Position numbers and translations under genes: made by a program
The notes under the pieces: generated by a model
Databases searched by the model: none
Told to the model about the DNA's origin: nothing
What the model saw: the letters and a program-made list of their open reading frames with translations, nothing else
Shown here: piece by piece, positions 35,933 through 45,472 of the stretch
How the letters are laid out: every line of letters begins with the position of its first letter
Position numbering within the stretch: the first letter of the stretch is position 1
Source of the DNA: an uncultured bacterium
GTDB taxonomy: Bacteria; Chlamydiota; Chlamydiia; Chlamydiales; JACRBE01
DNA length: 64,000 nt
Direction: 5' to 3'
NCBI GenBank assembly: GCA_964429005.1
Contig: CAYSAJ010000004.1
Coordinates: forward strand, 18,648-82,647

Positions 35933-35971
35933 GAAGAACCTTCCTTTGCAGCAACAGGAAGGTCCTTCTTT
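35933..35971. terminator. Hairpin between the orphan promoter and the bioY 3' end (possible bidirectional terminator)
   Basis: Arms GAAGAACCTTCC (35933-35944) and GGAAGGTCCTTC (35957-35968) form 12 bp with one mismatch around a 12-nt loop. TTT follows on the + strand. Confidence 0.45.
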
Positions 35972-35979
35972 GTCGAGTC

Positions 35980-36555
35980 TTATCCGTTTTTGAAGTGAAT
36001 CTTTTTTATAGCAGGTAGGCTCATAGATGCTAATACAAACAGGAGTATGGCATCTGTGAGAGCAAAAGGTGCTGCACCAAGAAGCAGAGCTTTTTCGGCA
36101 CCTACAAACCAGCTGAGCTGCAGACATCCTAGGGGATAGATGATGGCAAACATAGCGACGCTAAAGAGAAAGAATACCCGCGCCATGTTGATGGTTTTGC
36201 TTTTCTGAGTGAGAGCACCCACGAAATAGACTGCTAAAGGATAAGCTAAAATATAACCTCCTGTGGGCCCAAAAAAGCTTAAATAACCATATGTACCGCT
36301 AGCAAATACTGGAAGGCCAAAAGCGCCATATGCTAAAAATAGAAGAGTAGCGATGACGCCCCTGCGAGCTCCGAGTAAAGCTGCTATTACAAGAACCATT
36401 TTACTTTGAAGTATTATAGGTACTGGAGAAAAAGGTAGAGGGATTTTAACTTGTCCGATGAGGGCTAGGAAAATGCTTGCCATAACTACCTGCAAAGCAC
36501 TCACCCAAAAAGCTTTTTCTTGAGTTTTTTCTAAATAGGATAACATTTGTTTCAT
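35980..36555 (-). CDS. bioY: Biotin transporter BioY (ECF S-component type)
   Basis: Multi-TM 191-aa ORF with BioY-typical motifs 'PVPIILQS', 'GLPVFA' and 'GPTGGYILAYP'. Confidence 0.85.
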   Translation of the reverse strand: MKQMLSYLEKTQEKAFWVSALQVVMASIFLALIGQVKIPLPFSPVPIILQSKMVLVIAALLGARRGVIATLLFLAYGAFGLPVFASGTYGYLSFFGPTGGYILAYPLAVYFVGALTQKSKTINMARVFFLFSVAMFAIIYPLGCLQLSWFVGAEKALLLGAAPFALTDAILLFVLASMSLPAIKKIHFKNG

Positions 36556-36995
36556 ATAGTTCCTTTTGGTAGTAATGGAATTTGATAGTTGAGCTGTTTG
36601 ATAATATCTTGATCAGTAGTAAAGGTCGCCACATCGGCACCCTTTTGCAATTGAATCCAGTTCGCTTCTTGAATTTCATTTTTATCAATCACAACATTTC
36701 CTTCTACAATCGCGACAAAATAGCGAACTTTTTTGTGAATGTGCGTATTGTCTCGGATGAAAGTAAATGAAACATTGATAGAGTCTAAAGGTAAGTATTT
36801 TTTTACTTTGAGAGTTGTTTCTTCATACAGCTCTCTTTCCGCTGTTTGTTTTTCAGTTTCATTGTGATCCGGATGACCCTTAGGAAATCCCCAGAAAAAA
36901 CCTTTTTTATGACAAAGGAGCAGGGTATACCATTCATCTCCCTTCATCATGAGGGGGATGATACCGAAGCACTCTTCATGCAGAATTTTACTCAT
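36552..36995 (-). CDS. NUDIX hydrolase
   Basis: The Nudix box reads 'GHPDHNETEKQTAERELYEETTL' (GX5EX7REUXEEXGU-like). I place the start at 'MSKILHEE' (ATG 36993-36995), just after the fabF stop. Confidence 0.85.
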   Translation of the reverse strand: MSKILHEECFGIIPLMMKGDEWYTLLLCHKKGFFWGFPKGHPDHNETEKQTAERELYEETTLKVKKYLPLDSINVSFTFIRDNTHIHKKVRYFVAIVEGNVVIDKNEIQEANWIQLQKGADVATFTTDQDIIKQLNYQIPLLPKGTI

Positions 36996-38244
36996 GGTAA
37001 GGTGCCAAGATGATAGAAGAGTTGTGTCCACCAAATCCGAACGAATTGGAAAGAGCCGCTTTGCTTTGGTGGTTTATAGCTTCTCCAAACACAGGATCTA
37101 AATCGAGCAGTTCTTCTTCAGGGTTTTCAAGATTTAGGTTCGGATGGAGTTTTCCTGTTCGAATTGCTTGAATCGTTGCAATCGCCTCGATTCCCGCAGC
37201 CGCGCCGAGGCAATGGCCGGTCATCGACTTTGTAGAGTTGATCTTTAGATGTTTGCTATGAGAACCAAAAAGCTTTTTCAAAGCCCTGATTTCACAAAGA
37301 TCACCAACAACCGTAGAAGTTGCATGTGCGTTGATATAGTCGATTCTTTCTTTAGGAATACCAGCATCTTCTAAAGCCTTTTGGATACAAAGAGCGACAC
37401 CTGAACCATCCTCTTTTGGGTCTGTCATGTGATAAGCATCACAAGAAACTGCCCCACCGAGATATTCAGCATAAATCGTTGCACCACGCATTAGAGCATG
37501 TTCTAAAGATTCGAGGATGAGCACTCCAGCCCCTTCTCCCATGACAAAACCATCACGGTTTTTATCCCAAGGGCGAGAGGCTTTTTGCGGCTCGTCATTT
37601 CTCTCTGAAAGGGCTTTTATCGCCACAAATCCCGCAAGGCCGATCTGACCAATAGGAGCTTCAGCTCCTCCGCAGACCATAAGATCTGCTTCTCCCCTGC
37701 GGATATGCTCAGCCGCAGCTACAATACAGTAATTTGAAGTAGCGCAGGCAGTAGAAATGGAGTAGTTAGGCCCTTCAAAACCGGTATCGATCCCAAGAAG
37801 AGCTCCCCCCATATTCGTAATGATGTAAGGGATGAAGAAAGGGGTTAAGCGACGAAAGCCTTTGTCTTTGATCGTTTCAACACCATCATAAAACGTTTTC
37901 ATTCCTCCCATGCCAGAACCGATGATAATTCCACATCGTTTCTTATCTAATGAAGAGAGGTCTGAGAGATTAAAGCCAGCATGCTCTAAAGCTCGTTTTC
38001 CACTATAAACAGTATAACGAATGAACGGATCAATCCGGCGTGCTTGCTTTTTTTCAATATATTCACCCGGATCAAAAGCTGGGACTTCTCCTGCAAAACG
38101 TGTTGGATACTCAGAAACATCGAAAGATTGGATAGGAGTTACACCACTTTTCCCTTGGAGCAATTGATCATAGAACTGATCTACATCGTTTCCAAAACAA
38201 GAAACGATTCCCATTCCTGTAACAACGATTCTGCGTTTAGCCAT
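36988..38244 (-). CDS. fabF: 3-oxoacyl-ACP synthase II
   Basis: Motifs 'STACATSN' (active-site Cys), 'NAHATST', 'GHCLGAAG' and 'SFGFGGHN'. The start is either 'MAKRRIVVTGMG' (38244) or the upstream ATG at 38268. Confidence 0.95.
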   Translation of the reverse strand: MAKRRIVVTGMGIVSCFGNDVDQFYDQLLQGKSGVTPIQSFDVSEYPTRFAGEVPAFDPGEYIEKKQARRIDPFIRYTVYSGKRALEHAGFNLSDLSSLDKKRCGIIIGSGMGGMKTFYDGVETIKDKGFRRLTPFFIPYIITNMGGALLGIDTGFEGPNYSISTACATSNYCIVAAAEHIRRGEADLMVCGGAEAPIGQIGLAGFVAIKALSERNDEPQKASRPWDKNRDGFVMGEGAGVLILESLEHALMRGATIYAEYLGGAVSCDAYHMTDPKEDGSGVALCIQKALEDAGIPKERIDYINAHATSTVVGDLCEIRALKKLFGSHSKHLKINSTKSMTGHCLGAAAGIEAIATIQAIRTGKLHPNLNLENPEEELLDLDPVFGEAINHQSKAALSNSFGFGGHNSSIILAPYHE

Positions 38245-38614
38245 AGATTCCTTCTGTTTTGCATTCAATTTGAAGATCTACCACATGTCCTGTAGACCAA
38301 AGGCGCTCAAGTTGATACTTTTGTCGTAGTCCTGGTGTAAAAAGATGAATAATAATGTTACTATAATCTAACACAATCCAGTCTCCATTGCTCATTCCTT
38401 CTTCATGACAAAAAGGCTCACCTTCTTCTTTCATGACTTCCATGATTGCATGGGCGATAGCGACAGCATGACGATCAACATTCCCTTCAGCAATGATCAC
38501 ATAATCCGTCAAAGAGGAGACTTTTTGGATATCGATCGCTAAGGGATTGAGTCCTTTTTTATCGTAGATGGTTTGTCCAATTATTTGTACTATTTTCAAC
38601 GGATCTTTTGTCAT
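38237..38614 (-). CDS. rsfS: Ribosomal silencing factor RsfS (iojap family)
   Basis: 125 aa with 'LTDYVIIAEGNVDRHAVAIA' and 'DWIVLDYSNIIIHLFTPGLRQKYQLERLW'. Confidence 0.9.
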   Translation of the reverse strand: MTKDPLKIVQIIGQTIYDKKGLNPLAIDIQKVSSLTDYVIIAEGNVDRHAVAIAHAIMEVMKEEGEPFCHEEGMSNGDWIVLDYSNIIIHLFTPGLRQKYQLERLWSTGHVVDLQIECKTEGIYG

Positions 38615-38713
38615 ACATTTTCCAAGCAGATAAATTTTGGGTAACTATAACCTAAAAAAGATTATTTTTCCACTTGAAAACAGCAACAAATAAAACATTC
38701 TTTAAAATAGAAA

Positions 38714-38752
38714 ATTATTAAAAGCATTAAATTTTAAATATTATTAAAAGCA
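38714..38752. repeat. 13-nt direct repeat (two copies) in the nadD-rsfS intergenic region
   Basis: ATTATTAAAAGCA occurs at 38714-38726 and again at 38740-38752, a 26-nt period, upstream of the minus-strand rsfS start. Confidence 0.5.
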
Positions 38753-38827
38753 ATATGGTTTTACCTTTAAAAAATAAAAATGAAAAAATTATATTCGGAT
38801 AGACTTTTTCAAGGGGATAGTTAAAAT

Positions 38828-39415
38828 CTAATCGTAAAGTTTTTTTTCACGAATATATTCGAGAGTCGCTTGAGGAAGAAGATGCCCTACGTATAGCCCC
38901 TTTTTGATTCTAGAGCGAATATGAGTCGCTGAGATGTCAAATAGGGATGTCTCAATGATTTCCATTTGGAGAGGATTTGTAAAGCTTGAAGTCGAGCGGG
39001 CACCCACTAAAGGAGGTGCGATATGCATGAGCTCATCCCATTCTTTCCATGATGTAAAATGAACTAAATGATCTTGTCCTAAGATCAGCCTAAAAGTCGT
39101 TTGGGGGTATTTGGTCATGAGAAGGCGGATCGTATCTATCGTAAAACTTGGCTGCTGCTCATGAATTTCTTCTTCAATCAGCTGAAACCCTTTTATTCCC
39201 TCTATCCCCCTTTTAACCATTTCAAGTCGATCTTGAGCTTTTGCATGGGGGCGAGATGAGATCTTGGAGGGAGAAAGAGCAGTAGGACAGAAAAAAACAG
39301 CATCAAGGCCCCCATTTTCTAGAATAGAGAGCGCCAGTTGAATATGCCCAAAATGTAGGGGATCAAAAGTCCCTCCAAAAAAACCAACGACTTTATTTTT
39401 GTCCATATTGCTCAA
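38828..39415 (-). CDS. nadD: Nicotinate-nucleotide adenylyltransferase
   Basis: The motif 'GGTFDPLHFGH' (HxGH-type nucleotidyltransferase) and a size of 195 aa. Confidence 0.9.
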   Translation of the reverse strand: MSNMDKNKVVGFFGGTFDPLHFGHIQLALSILENGGLDAVFFCPTALSPSKISSRPHAKAQDRLEMVKRGIEGIKGFQLIEEEIHEQQPSFTIDTIRLLMTKYPQTTFRLILGQDHLVHFTSWKEWDELMHIAPPLVGARSTSSFTNPLQMEIIETSLFDISATHIRSRIKKGLYVGHLLPQATLEYIREKKLYD

Positions 39416-40409
39416 AATCCCTTATGATCCATTCTTTCACAAAACCTAATGAATAAGAGCTCAAATCGACCCACTGAAAGAGGGGCTCTTTTCTAAACCA
39501 GGTGAATTGTCTTCTTGCATAGTGTTTCGAAGCTCGTTTAAAGGCCAGAACAAAATTATTGTAGTCTTGATCTGTTTTTGATGAGCGGAGATACTCTATC
39601 GTTTGGCGATAGCCGATAGCCATAGCTGCTGAATGGTTGAGTTCAAGCCCTTTATCAAGGAGAGTTTCTACTTCTATAATAAGACCCTCCTTAAGCATGA
39701 CTTCACATCTCTCTTCAATGCGAGGATAGAGAATTGATGTGGGGTAATGGATAAACCAGCAATGGAAATCGAAATCGTCAAGAATCGTTGCTTCTGAGGG
39801 TTTAGGAAAATCAGAAACCTTTTTTCCTGTCAGTGTCATGATTTCAAGAGCACGTATGATTTTCTGTTTATCTTGAAGAGTGATCGTGGCTGCATAAATC
39901 GGATCTAGTTTCGTTACTTTTTCAAAAAGAAGCTCTGCTCCAAATTTAGCGAAGTCCTGTTCCAATTTTTCACGAATTTCTGGATCAGAAGGAGGACCTT
40001 TAGGAGGACCATAAATAAATGAATGGATATAAAATCCCACACCCCCTACGACGATAGGAACTTTATTTCTTCGGAGAATATCTTTGCAAATTTGATGAGC
40101 TTCCTCAAAGAAGCGAACGACATTGGAAGGATCATGAAGGTCCCATACATCAATCATATGATGGGGAACTTCTTTTCTCTGTTCTATGGTTGCTTTGGCA
40201 GTACCAATATCCATTTCCCTGTATACTTGCATCGAATCGGCAGAGATAATTTCCCCGTCGATTGCTTTAGCAATTTCAATAGATAAAGCTGTTTTTCCGG
40301 AAGCAGTAGGACCAGCAATCACAATAACTTTTTTTTTGGGAATCAAGAGCAGGGTAGAATCTTTTTTCGGCTGTGGAATCAAATCAAAATCGGAGAAACC
40401 GACGTGCAT
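39393..40409 (-). CDS. miaA: tRNA dimethylallyltransferase
   Basis: P-loop 'GPTASGKT' and 'SADSMQVYREMDIGTAK'. Confidence 0.95.
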   Translation of the reverse strand: MHVGFSDFDLIPQPKKDSTLLLIPKKKVIVIAGPTASGKTALSIEIAKAIDGEIISADSMQVYREMDIGTAKATIEQRKEVPHHMIDVWDLHDPSNVVRFFEEAHQICKDILRRNKVPIVVGGVGFYIHSFIYGPPKGPPSDPEIREKLEQDFAKFGAELLFEKVTKLDPIYAATITLQDKQKIIRALEIMTLTGKKVSDFPKPSEATILDDFDFHCWFIHYPTSILYPRIEERCEVMLKEGLIIEVETLLDKGLELNHSAAMAIGYRQTIEYLRSSKTDQDYNNFVLAFKRASKHYARRQFTWFRKEPLFQWVDLSSYSLGFVKEWIIRDFEQYGQK

Positions 40410-40418
40410 AAAGAAGCC

Positions 40419-40760
40419 TTACAAAGAGAGAGCCTCAGATTCAGAAGAGCGAATCGTTAAGATCTTCTCAAATCCTGCCATTTTAATAATTTCCATCACT
40501 TCTTCATTGATTTGAAAGAAGACAAGACGGCCGTTTTTTGTAGCCATTTTTTTTGAGTTGGACAGCATAACCCTCATTCCGGCGCTACTGAGATATTCAA
40601 CTTTAGAAAAATCGACTAAAATTCGATGGTTAGCCTGAATAATGAGATTTGATAATGTCTCATCAAAGTGTGATGAGGAGACAGCATCGAGTCTGCCTTC
40701 GAGCCTAAGGATTTTTGCTCCACTCTTTTCATCCAGTGTAATTTGCAAACTCATAACCAT
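40419..40760 (-). CDS. rsbV: STAS-domain anti-sigma-factor antagonist (RsbV-type)
   Basis: 113 aa with 'LEGRLDAVSS' and 'VEYLSSAGMRVML' (phosphorylatable Ser context). Confidence 0.7.
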   Translation of the reverse strand: MVMSLQITLDEKSGAKILRLEGRLDAVSSSHFDETLSNLIIQANHRILVDFSKVEYLSSAGMRVMLSNSKKMATKNGRLVFFQINEEVMEIIKMAGFEKILTIRSSESEALSL

Positions 40761-40780
40761 CTCCTAATTTGATAAAGTTT

Positions 40781-41011
40781 TTAATGAACGAGTTCTAGTT
40801 TAACTCTTCTTTCAAAACGTGCTCCGACAGTCAAAGCGATTGTGCGAAGAGCTTTGATTGTTCGCCCTTGTCTTCCTACGAGTTTAGCAACGTCATCTTG
40901 AGCTACTTTCACTTCGATAATGGTACTTTTTGTTCCTTCGAAAACTTGGACGGCTACGTTGTCAGGTTGATCCACTAAATTTTTTACCAAATACGCGACG
41001 AATTCTTGCAT
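40781..41011 (-). CDS. KH-domain RNA-binding protein (UPF0109/YlqC-like)
   Basis: 76 aa with the GxxG motif 'VGRQGRTIKALR'. Confidence 0.8.
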   Translation of the reverse strand: MQEFVAYLVKNLVDQPDNVAVQVFEGTKSTIIEVKVAQDDVAKLVGRQGRTIKALRTIALTVGARFERRVKLELVH

Positions 41012-41164
41012 ATTACTTTCCAGGGTGTAGATTATCTTGGTTCGCTTACAATAAAAGGAACAACTCTAAGGGAGTTATTCGAGTCTAGTCTATCAATTTT
41101 TTTTATAAGAATCAAATGCATTTCTGTCTATTAGAACTCCCCTCTAACAAGGGATTTCGTCAAT

Positions 41165-41974
41165 TCACGGGAGGGCTTCTATATAGGCAACTGAGGGCAA
41201 CCGAAGGTCTATGACCCATGTAGATTCACTTTCTTTCATCATTTTTTGTGAAAGGTTGATGTAGTTTCCAAGTTGCTTCGAGTACCCTTTAGTCGGCAAA
41301 CGGAGAAGGTGTCTCTGGGAGCCTTTTCTGAGGATTAATACGATCTCTCTTCTTCCTTTGCTAGGGTGGAATGAGTGAGAAATGTCAATTCTTTCAACAA
41401 AGTGGTGTTGAAAAGACTTGGTATACTGAATCAGATGCAAAACGTTTTTAACAAGACCAAATTTAGGGTGGTTTTCTAAACAAAAAGAAGATGTACTTAA
41501 ATCCCCAAAATATATTTGAGTGAGACGTTTTGGAGTGAAATAGGGAGATAAAGGAAAAAGATGGCCACCATCGTCTGTAGCTACATTTTCAAAATCGAGA
41601 ACTAAGGCTAGGGGCCTTCGAACAGAATAATCGACATAGAGGGAAGAAGGATAGATTTTTTTGATTTCAACTTTTTCGATAACGGGAGATTGATAAAGTT
41701 TTTTTTCAAGAAGCTTGGTGTCGATCAGATCGAGGTGACAAGCGCGATCCTTAGAAAGCTGCATCATTTCACAAAGGTATGTAGTAGGCAAAGCTCCCTT
41801 ATCGGGTCCAGTTTGAATCAGACGGTCGACGAAAAGCTGAGGATTACGAAGACGATCCATCTTATGATCTCTCCACACCTTTAGGCCCAGGAAAAAGATC
41901 GAGCAAGAGAATACGCAGGAAAGAAAAATGTAAATTAAAGCTCGCGAAAAAGGAATGATCTTTTTATCGGTCAT
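41165..41974 (-). CDS. ftsQ: FtsQ-like cell-division protein (N-terminal TM plus POTRA-like region)
   Basis: It overlaps the murC stop (ATGA) at the end of the dcw operon. It has a single TM 'ALIYIFLSCVFSCSIFFLGL' and a POTRA-like stretch 'IEKVEIKKIYPSSLYVDYSVRRPLAL'. Confidence 0.55.
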   Translation of the reverse strand: MTDKKIIPFSRALIYIFLSCVFSCSIFFLGLKVWRDHKMDRLRNPQLFVDRLIQTGPDKGALPTTYLCEMMQLSKDRACHLDLIDTKLLEKKLYQSPVIEKVEIKKIYPSSLYVDYSVRRPLALVLDFENVATDDGGHLFPLSPYFTPKRLTQIYFGDLSTSSFCLENHPKFGLVKNVLHLIQYTKSFQHHFVERIDISHSFHPSKGRREIVLILRKGSQRHLLRLPTKGYSKQLGNYINLSQKMMKESESTWVIDLRLPSVAYIEALP

Positions 41975-43317
41975 GGCATAAGGGATAATTTATCACATAC
42001 TTCACAGATATCCCCTGCCCCAAGAGTAATCACGACATCTGTTGGAGAAAGGCACTCTCTGAGATAGCTGCTAATATAATTTCTTGTTATATATTCCATA
42101 GACTGGTGACTTTTGAGCTGAATCATTTTCATGATCGTGTCAGGATCAATTCCGGGAATTGGCTCCTCTCCAGCTGGATAAATATCTGTTACTATCAGAT
42201 GATCTACATCCTGAAAAACATGGGCTAACTCGTGCATGAGGCTCTTCATTCGGGAGTATCGATGAGGTTGAAAGATCGCATAGATTTTTTTGCTTTGAGA
42301 GAGATTTCGTATCGCTTTTAAGGAAGCGGCTATCTCAGTGGGATGATGTGCATAATCATCATAGAGATGAGCTCCCTGACACTCTCCCTTTTTTTCCAAA
42401 CGGCGGTGAACCCCACGATAAGTTGCAAAACTCAGGCGGATATCTCTTTCAGAAACACCTAATAGGAGGGAAAGTGCAAAAACAGCTGTAGCATTGAGAA
42501 TGTTATGCTCCCCTGGGAGACCCAGATCAATGTGTGAGTAATGATTTCCTTGAAATTCTACATCAAATTTTGCTCTACCTTCTATCCAGCGTATTTGTTT
42601 GATCTTGGCATCTGCATGCTTAGAAAATCCGTAGCTTATTCCTTTCGGTTTAATAACTGATAAATAGGGATCATCGGCCCACCACACTAGGTGACGTGGA
42701 TTTTTTACTTTAAGCATAAAAGAAACATAAGCCTCGCAAAGAGCTTGTTTTGTATGCCAGTAATCAAGGTGGTCATTATCAATATTTGTAACAATGGCCC
42801 CAAATGGATCCGTTTTTAAAAATGATCCATCACTTTCATCCCCCTCTAAAACAAAGTACTCTCCCCTGCCATGGTGACCATTTGTTATGAAAGAAGGGGA
42901 AATCCCTCCAAAAACAAAAGAAGGATTTTTTCCTGCAGTATAAAGAACGTGAGCTAAAAGGGATGTTGTGGTTGTTTTGCCATGAGCGCCACAAACAACA
43001 AGAGACTTTTGAGACCTTGCAAGCCAGCGAAGAAGATCTGATCTATGCCAAATAAGACAGCCCAGTTCTTTTGCTTTTTTTATTTCAGGGTTATCCTTTT
43101 GAATGGCTGTTGAGTAGATGACCACATGATGAGATTCAATATTTTTCTCGTCGTGGCCAAAAGTAATTTTAGCCCCTTTTTTTGCAAGAATATCTGTTTT
43201 TTTTGACGGCACAAGATCGCTGCCTGCAACTTTCATATTCATTTCGAGGAGAATGTGTGCAAGAGCGCTCATTCCTACTCCTCCTATCCCAATAAAAAAA
43301 TACTCTAACTGGTTCAT
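41971..43317 (-). CDS. murC: UDP-N-acetylmuramate--L-alanine ligase (not fused to Ddl)
   Basis: Motifs 'FIGIGGVGMSALA' and 'GAHGKTTTTS'. At 448 aa it comprises only the Mur ligase domains. Confidence 0.95.
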   Translation of the reverse strand: MNQLEYFFIGIGGVGMSALAHILLEMNMKVAGSDLVPSKKTDILAKKGAKITFGHDEKNIESHHVVIYSTAIQKDNPEIKKAKELGCLIWHRSDLLRWLARSQKSLVVCGAHGKTTTTSLLAHVLYTAGKNPSFVFGGISPSFITNGHHGRGEYFVLEGDESDGSFLKTDPFGAIVTNIDNDHLDYWHTKQALCEAYVSFMLKVKNPRHLVWWADDPYLSVIKPKGISYGFSKHADAKIKQIRWIEGRAKFDVEFQGNHYSHIDLGLPGEHNILNATAVFALSLLLGVSERDIRLSFATYRGVHRRLEKKGECQGAHLYDDYAHHPTEIAASLKAIRNLSQSKKIYAIFQPHRYSRMKSLMHELAHVFQDVDHLIVTDIYPAGEEPIPGIDPDTIMKMIQLKSHQSMEYITRNYISSYLRECLSPTDVVITLGAGDICEVCDKLSLMP

Positions 43318-44351
43318 AAAGGCACTTTGATGAATTGTTGTATAACGGTTGCTAAAGAATCTCCCTCTTCCTTGACTTGAAAGTCTGTTAGATGAGATTG
43401 ATAATGATGTAAGCTACTGAGCATTTTCTGAATTTTAGAAGACACAAGTTCAGGGGTAAATTCCTTTTGCTGAATGGAAATTCCTCCGCGAACAACATCA
43501 GTAAAGTATTTCGCATTGATGGTTTGATGATCATCTGTGGCATGAGGATAGGGCACTACAATCGCAGGTGTAGCACTAGAAATAATTTCTCGCAAGGTTC
43601 CAGCTCCTGAGCGGCATATAACTAAGTCACTACTAAGATAGGCTTTAGCCATATCCTCTTCAAAAGATTTTACAATCGCTTTGATTCCATGTTGCTCATA
43701 AAGAGTGCGTATCTGCTCTGTAGAATCCTTAAAACCTGCCAGATGAATCACTTGAAGATGATGTCCCATCACTGCAAAAGGAACTACTTGATTGAGAATT
43801 TGAGCTCCTTGGGATCCTCCAAATACTAGCAAAGTAACGATATCAGGGCTTAAGCCATAATCAAGCCTTGCTTGTTCTTTTGAAATAGCTCTTTTAGCAG
43901 GATTGATCGGCATGGCCACCATCTTCGCCTGTGATCCAGGGAAGTACATTGCTATTTTTACTGCAATAGGGGAAAAAAGACGATTAACACGACCCATTTT
44001 TGCATTCGGTTCATAAAGAACTATGGGGATTCTAAGAAAAAAAGCTGCAAGAAGAGGGGGCAAACTATGATAACTGCCAAAACCGACCACGATCTGCGGA
44101 CGAATTTTTTTCAATAAAGTTAAAGAGCTAAAAAAGCCTTTAAGAATTTTTTTGAGTGAGAAGAGGATTGATGAATTGAGGGTTATTGTTGAGCCGTCGA
44201 CTGAAACCACGCGAGGAACGTTTTCTAGAAGATGGTGCTGTTTGGCTTTTACTCCAATAAAGTAGGTTTCACAATTGATATGGCGAGCACATTCAAGCGC
44301 AGGGACGATATGCCCTCCCGTACCTCCTACAGCTAAGACAACCTTCGACAT
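43314..44351 (-). CDS. murG: Lipid II synthase MurG
   Basis: Motifs 'AVGGTGGHIVPAL' and 'GGSQGA'. It lies in the dcw cluster. Confidence 0.95.
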   Translation of the reverse strand: MSKVVLAVGGTGGHIVPALECARHINCETYFIGVKAKQHHLLENVPRVVSVDGSTITLNSSILFSLKKILKGFFSSLTLLKKIRPQIVVGFGSYHSLPPLLAAFFLRIPIVLYEPNAKMGRVNRLFSPIAVKIAMYFPGSQAKMVAMPINPAKRAISKEQARLDYGLSPDIVTLLVFGGSQGAQILNQVVPFAVMGHHLQVIHLAGFKDSTEQIRTLYEQHGIKAIVKSFEEDMAKAYLSSDLVICRSGAGTLREIISSATPAIVVPYPHATDDHQTINAKYFTDVVRGGISIQQKEFTPELVSSKIQKMLSSLHHYQSHLTDFQVKEEGDSLATVIQQFIKVPL

Positions 44352-45472
44352 AAATATGCTGACTCAACATTTTTTGAGGAACTATAATCAATGTTTATTA
44401 AGAGCGCAATAATCATTAAATTAGCACACAGTGAGGATCCTCCCTGACTAAAAAAAGGCAAATTTGTTCCCTTACTGGGGAGAAGACCTGAAACAACACC
44501 CAGATTGAGAAAAGCTTGGAATCCGATAAGAAATGTCATCGTAGCCGCCATCAAATAAATAGGCTCAGATTTTGCTTTAAGAGCAATTTGAAAGCCAAAA
44601 GTGACGACAAGAAGATAGATGACAATCAAACCGAGTATGCCCATAAATCCGAATTCCTCTGCATAGATGGCAGCAATATAGTCGCTACGAGCTTCAGGCA
44701 GATAATTGAGTTTTTGGAGGCTATTGCCTAGCCCTCTTCCCGACATTCCTCCTGACCCTGCTGCAATTTTCGCCTGAAAGGGTTGGTGCCCTTTCCCGAG
44801 AAGATCATCTTCTGGATGAAGATAAATATGAATCCTTGCTTTTACGTGAGGGAGACGCACAGCGTAACTACCTCCGATGAAGACGAGCAAGCAAAAGGGA
44901 AAGAGCCAATACTTCATCGGAACCCTCAGCAAAAAAAAGAGGGTCATAAGACAAGAAATAATAATAATAGCAGTCCCGTTATCAGGCTCGACCAGAATCA
45001 AAAAAAGAGGAAGTGCAATAATGCTTAGAAGACGAAAAAACACTTTCACAGAAAAAGGTTGCTCAAGAGAACGTTTTATAAAATAGATGGGAAGGATGAT
45101 TTTAGCGAATTCTGATGGTTGAAAAGAGACACCAAATATCTTAATCCATCTTCTAGCACCGTTGAGCTCCATTCCGATACGTGGGATCAAGATAATAAAA
45201 AGCAAAAAGACCCACAAAACAAAAACAACTCCAATATAAGAATAAAATTTTTCTACGCCCCATCTAAAGAATAGAAAGGCCATGGTAAAGCCAAAAAATG
45301 CAAACAGGATTTGTTTTATAAAGGAGTGATTGATTTTATCGATTCTTTCTAAATCAAGAGCTTCGGCTGAGGTAGTGTTGTACACCATCAAAAGGCCTAA
45401 AACCATAAGGGTCAGCACACAAACAAAAAGTCCAAGAGAAGAAAACGAAAGCCGAGAAAAAACCGATTTCAT
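44333..45472 (-). CDS. ftsW: SEDS-family peptidoglycan polymerase FtsW
   Basis: Multi-TM protein of 379 aa with 'FQPSEFAK' and 'PFFSQGGSS'. It sits between murD/LysM and murG. Confidence 0.85.
   Translation of the reverse strand: MKSVFSRLSFSSLGLFVCVLTLMVLGLLMVYNTTSAEALDLERIDKINHSFIKQILFAFFGFTMAFLFFRWGVEKFYSYIGVVFVLWVFLLFIILIPRIGMELNGARRWIKIFGVSFQPSEFAKIILPIYFIKRSLEQPFSVKVFFRLLSIIALPLFLILVEPDNGTAIIIISCLMTLFFLLRVPMKYWLFPFCLLVFIGGSYAVRLPHVKARIHIYLHPEDDLLGKGHQPFQAKIAAGSGGMSGRGLGNSLQKLNYLPEARSDYIAAIYAEEFGFMGILGLIVIYLLVVTFGFQIALKAKSEPIYLMAATMTFLIGFQAFLNLGVVSGLLPSKGTNLPFFSQGGSSLCANLMIIALLINIDYSSSKNVESAYLCRRLS

Noticed and set aside
35805-35993. A 62-aa ORF in the gap before bioY.
   Set aside because: It has no SD, runs through a strong hairpin and overlaps the bioY 3' end. 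It is treated as probably non-coding (see the sRNA-candidate finding).
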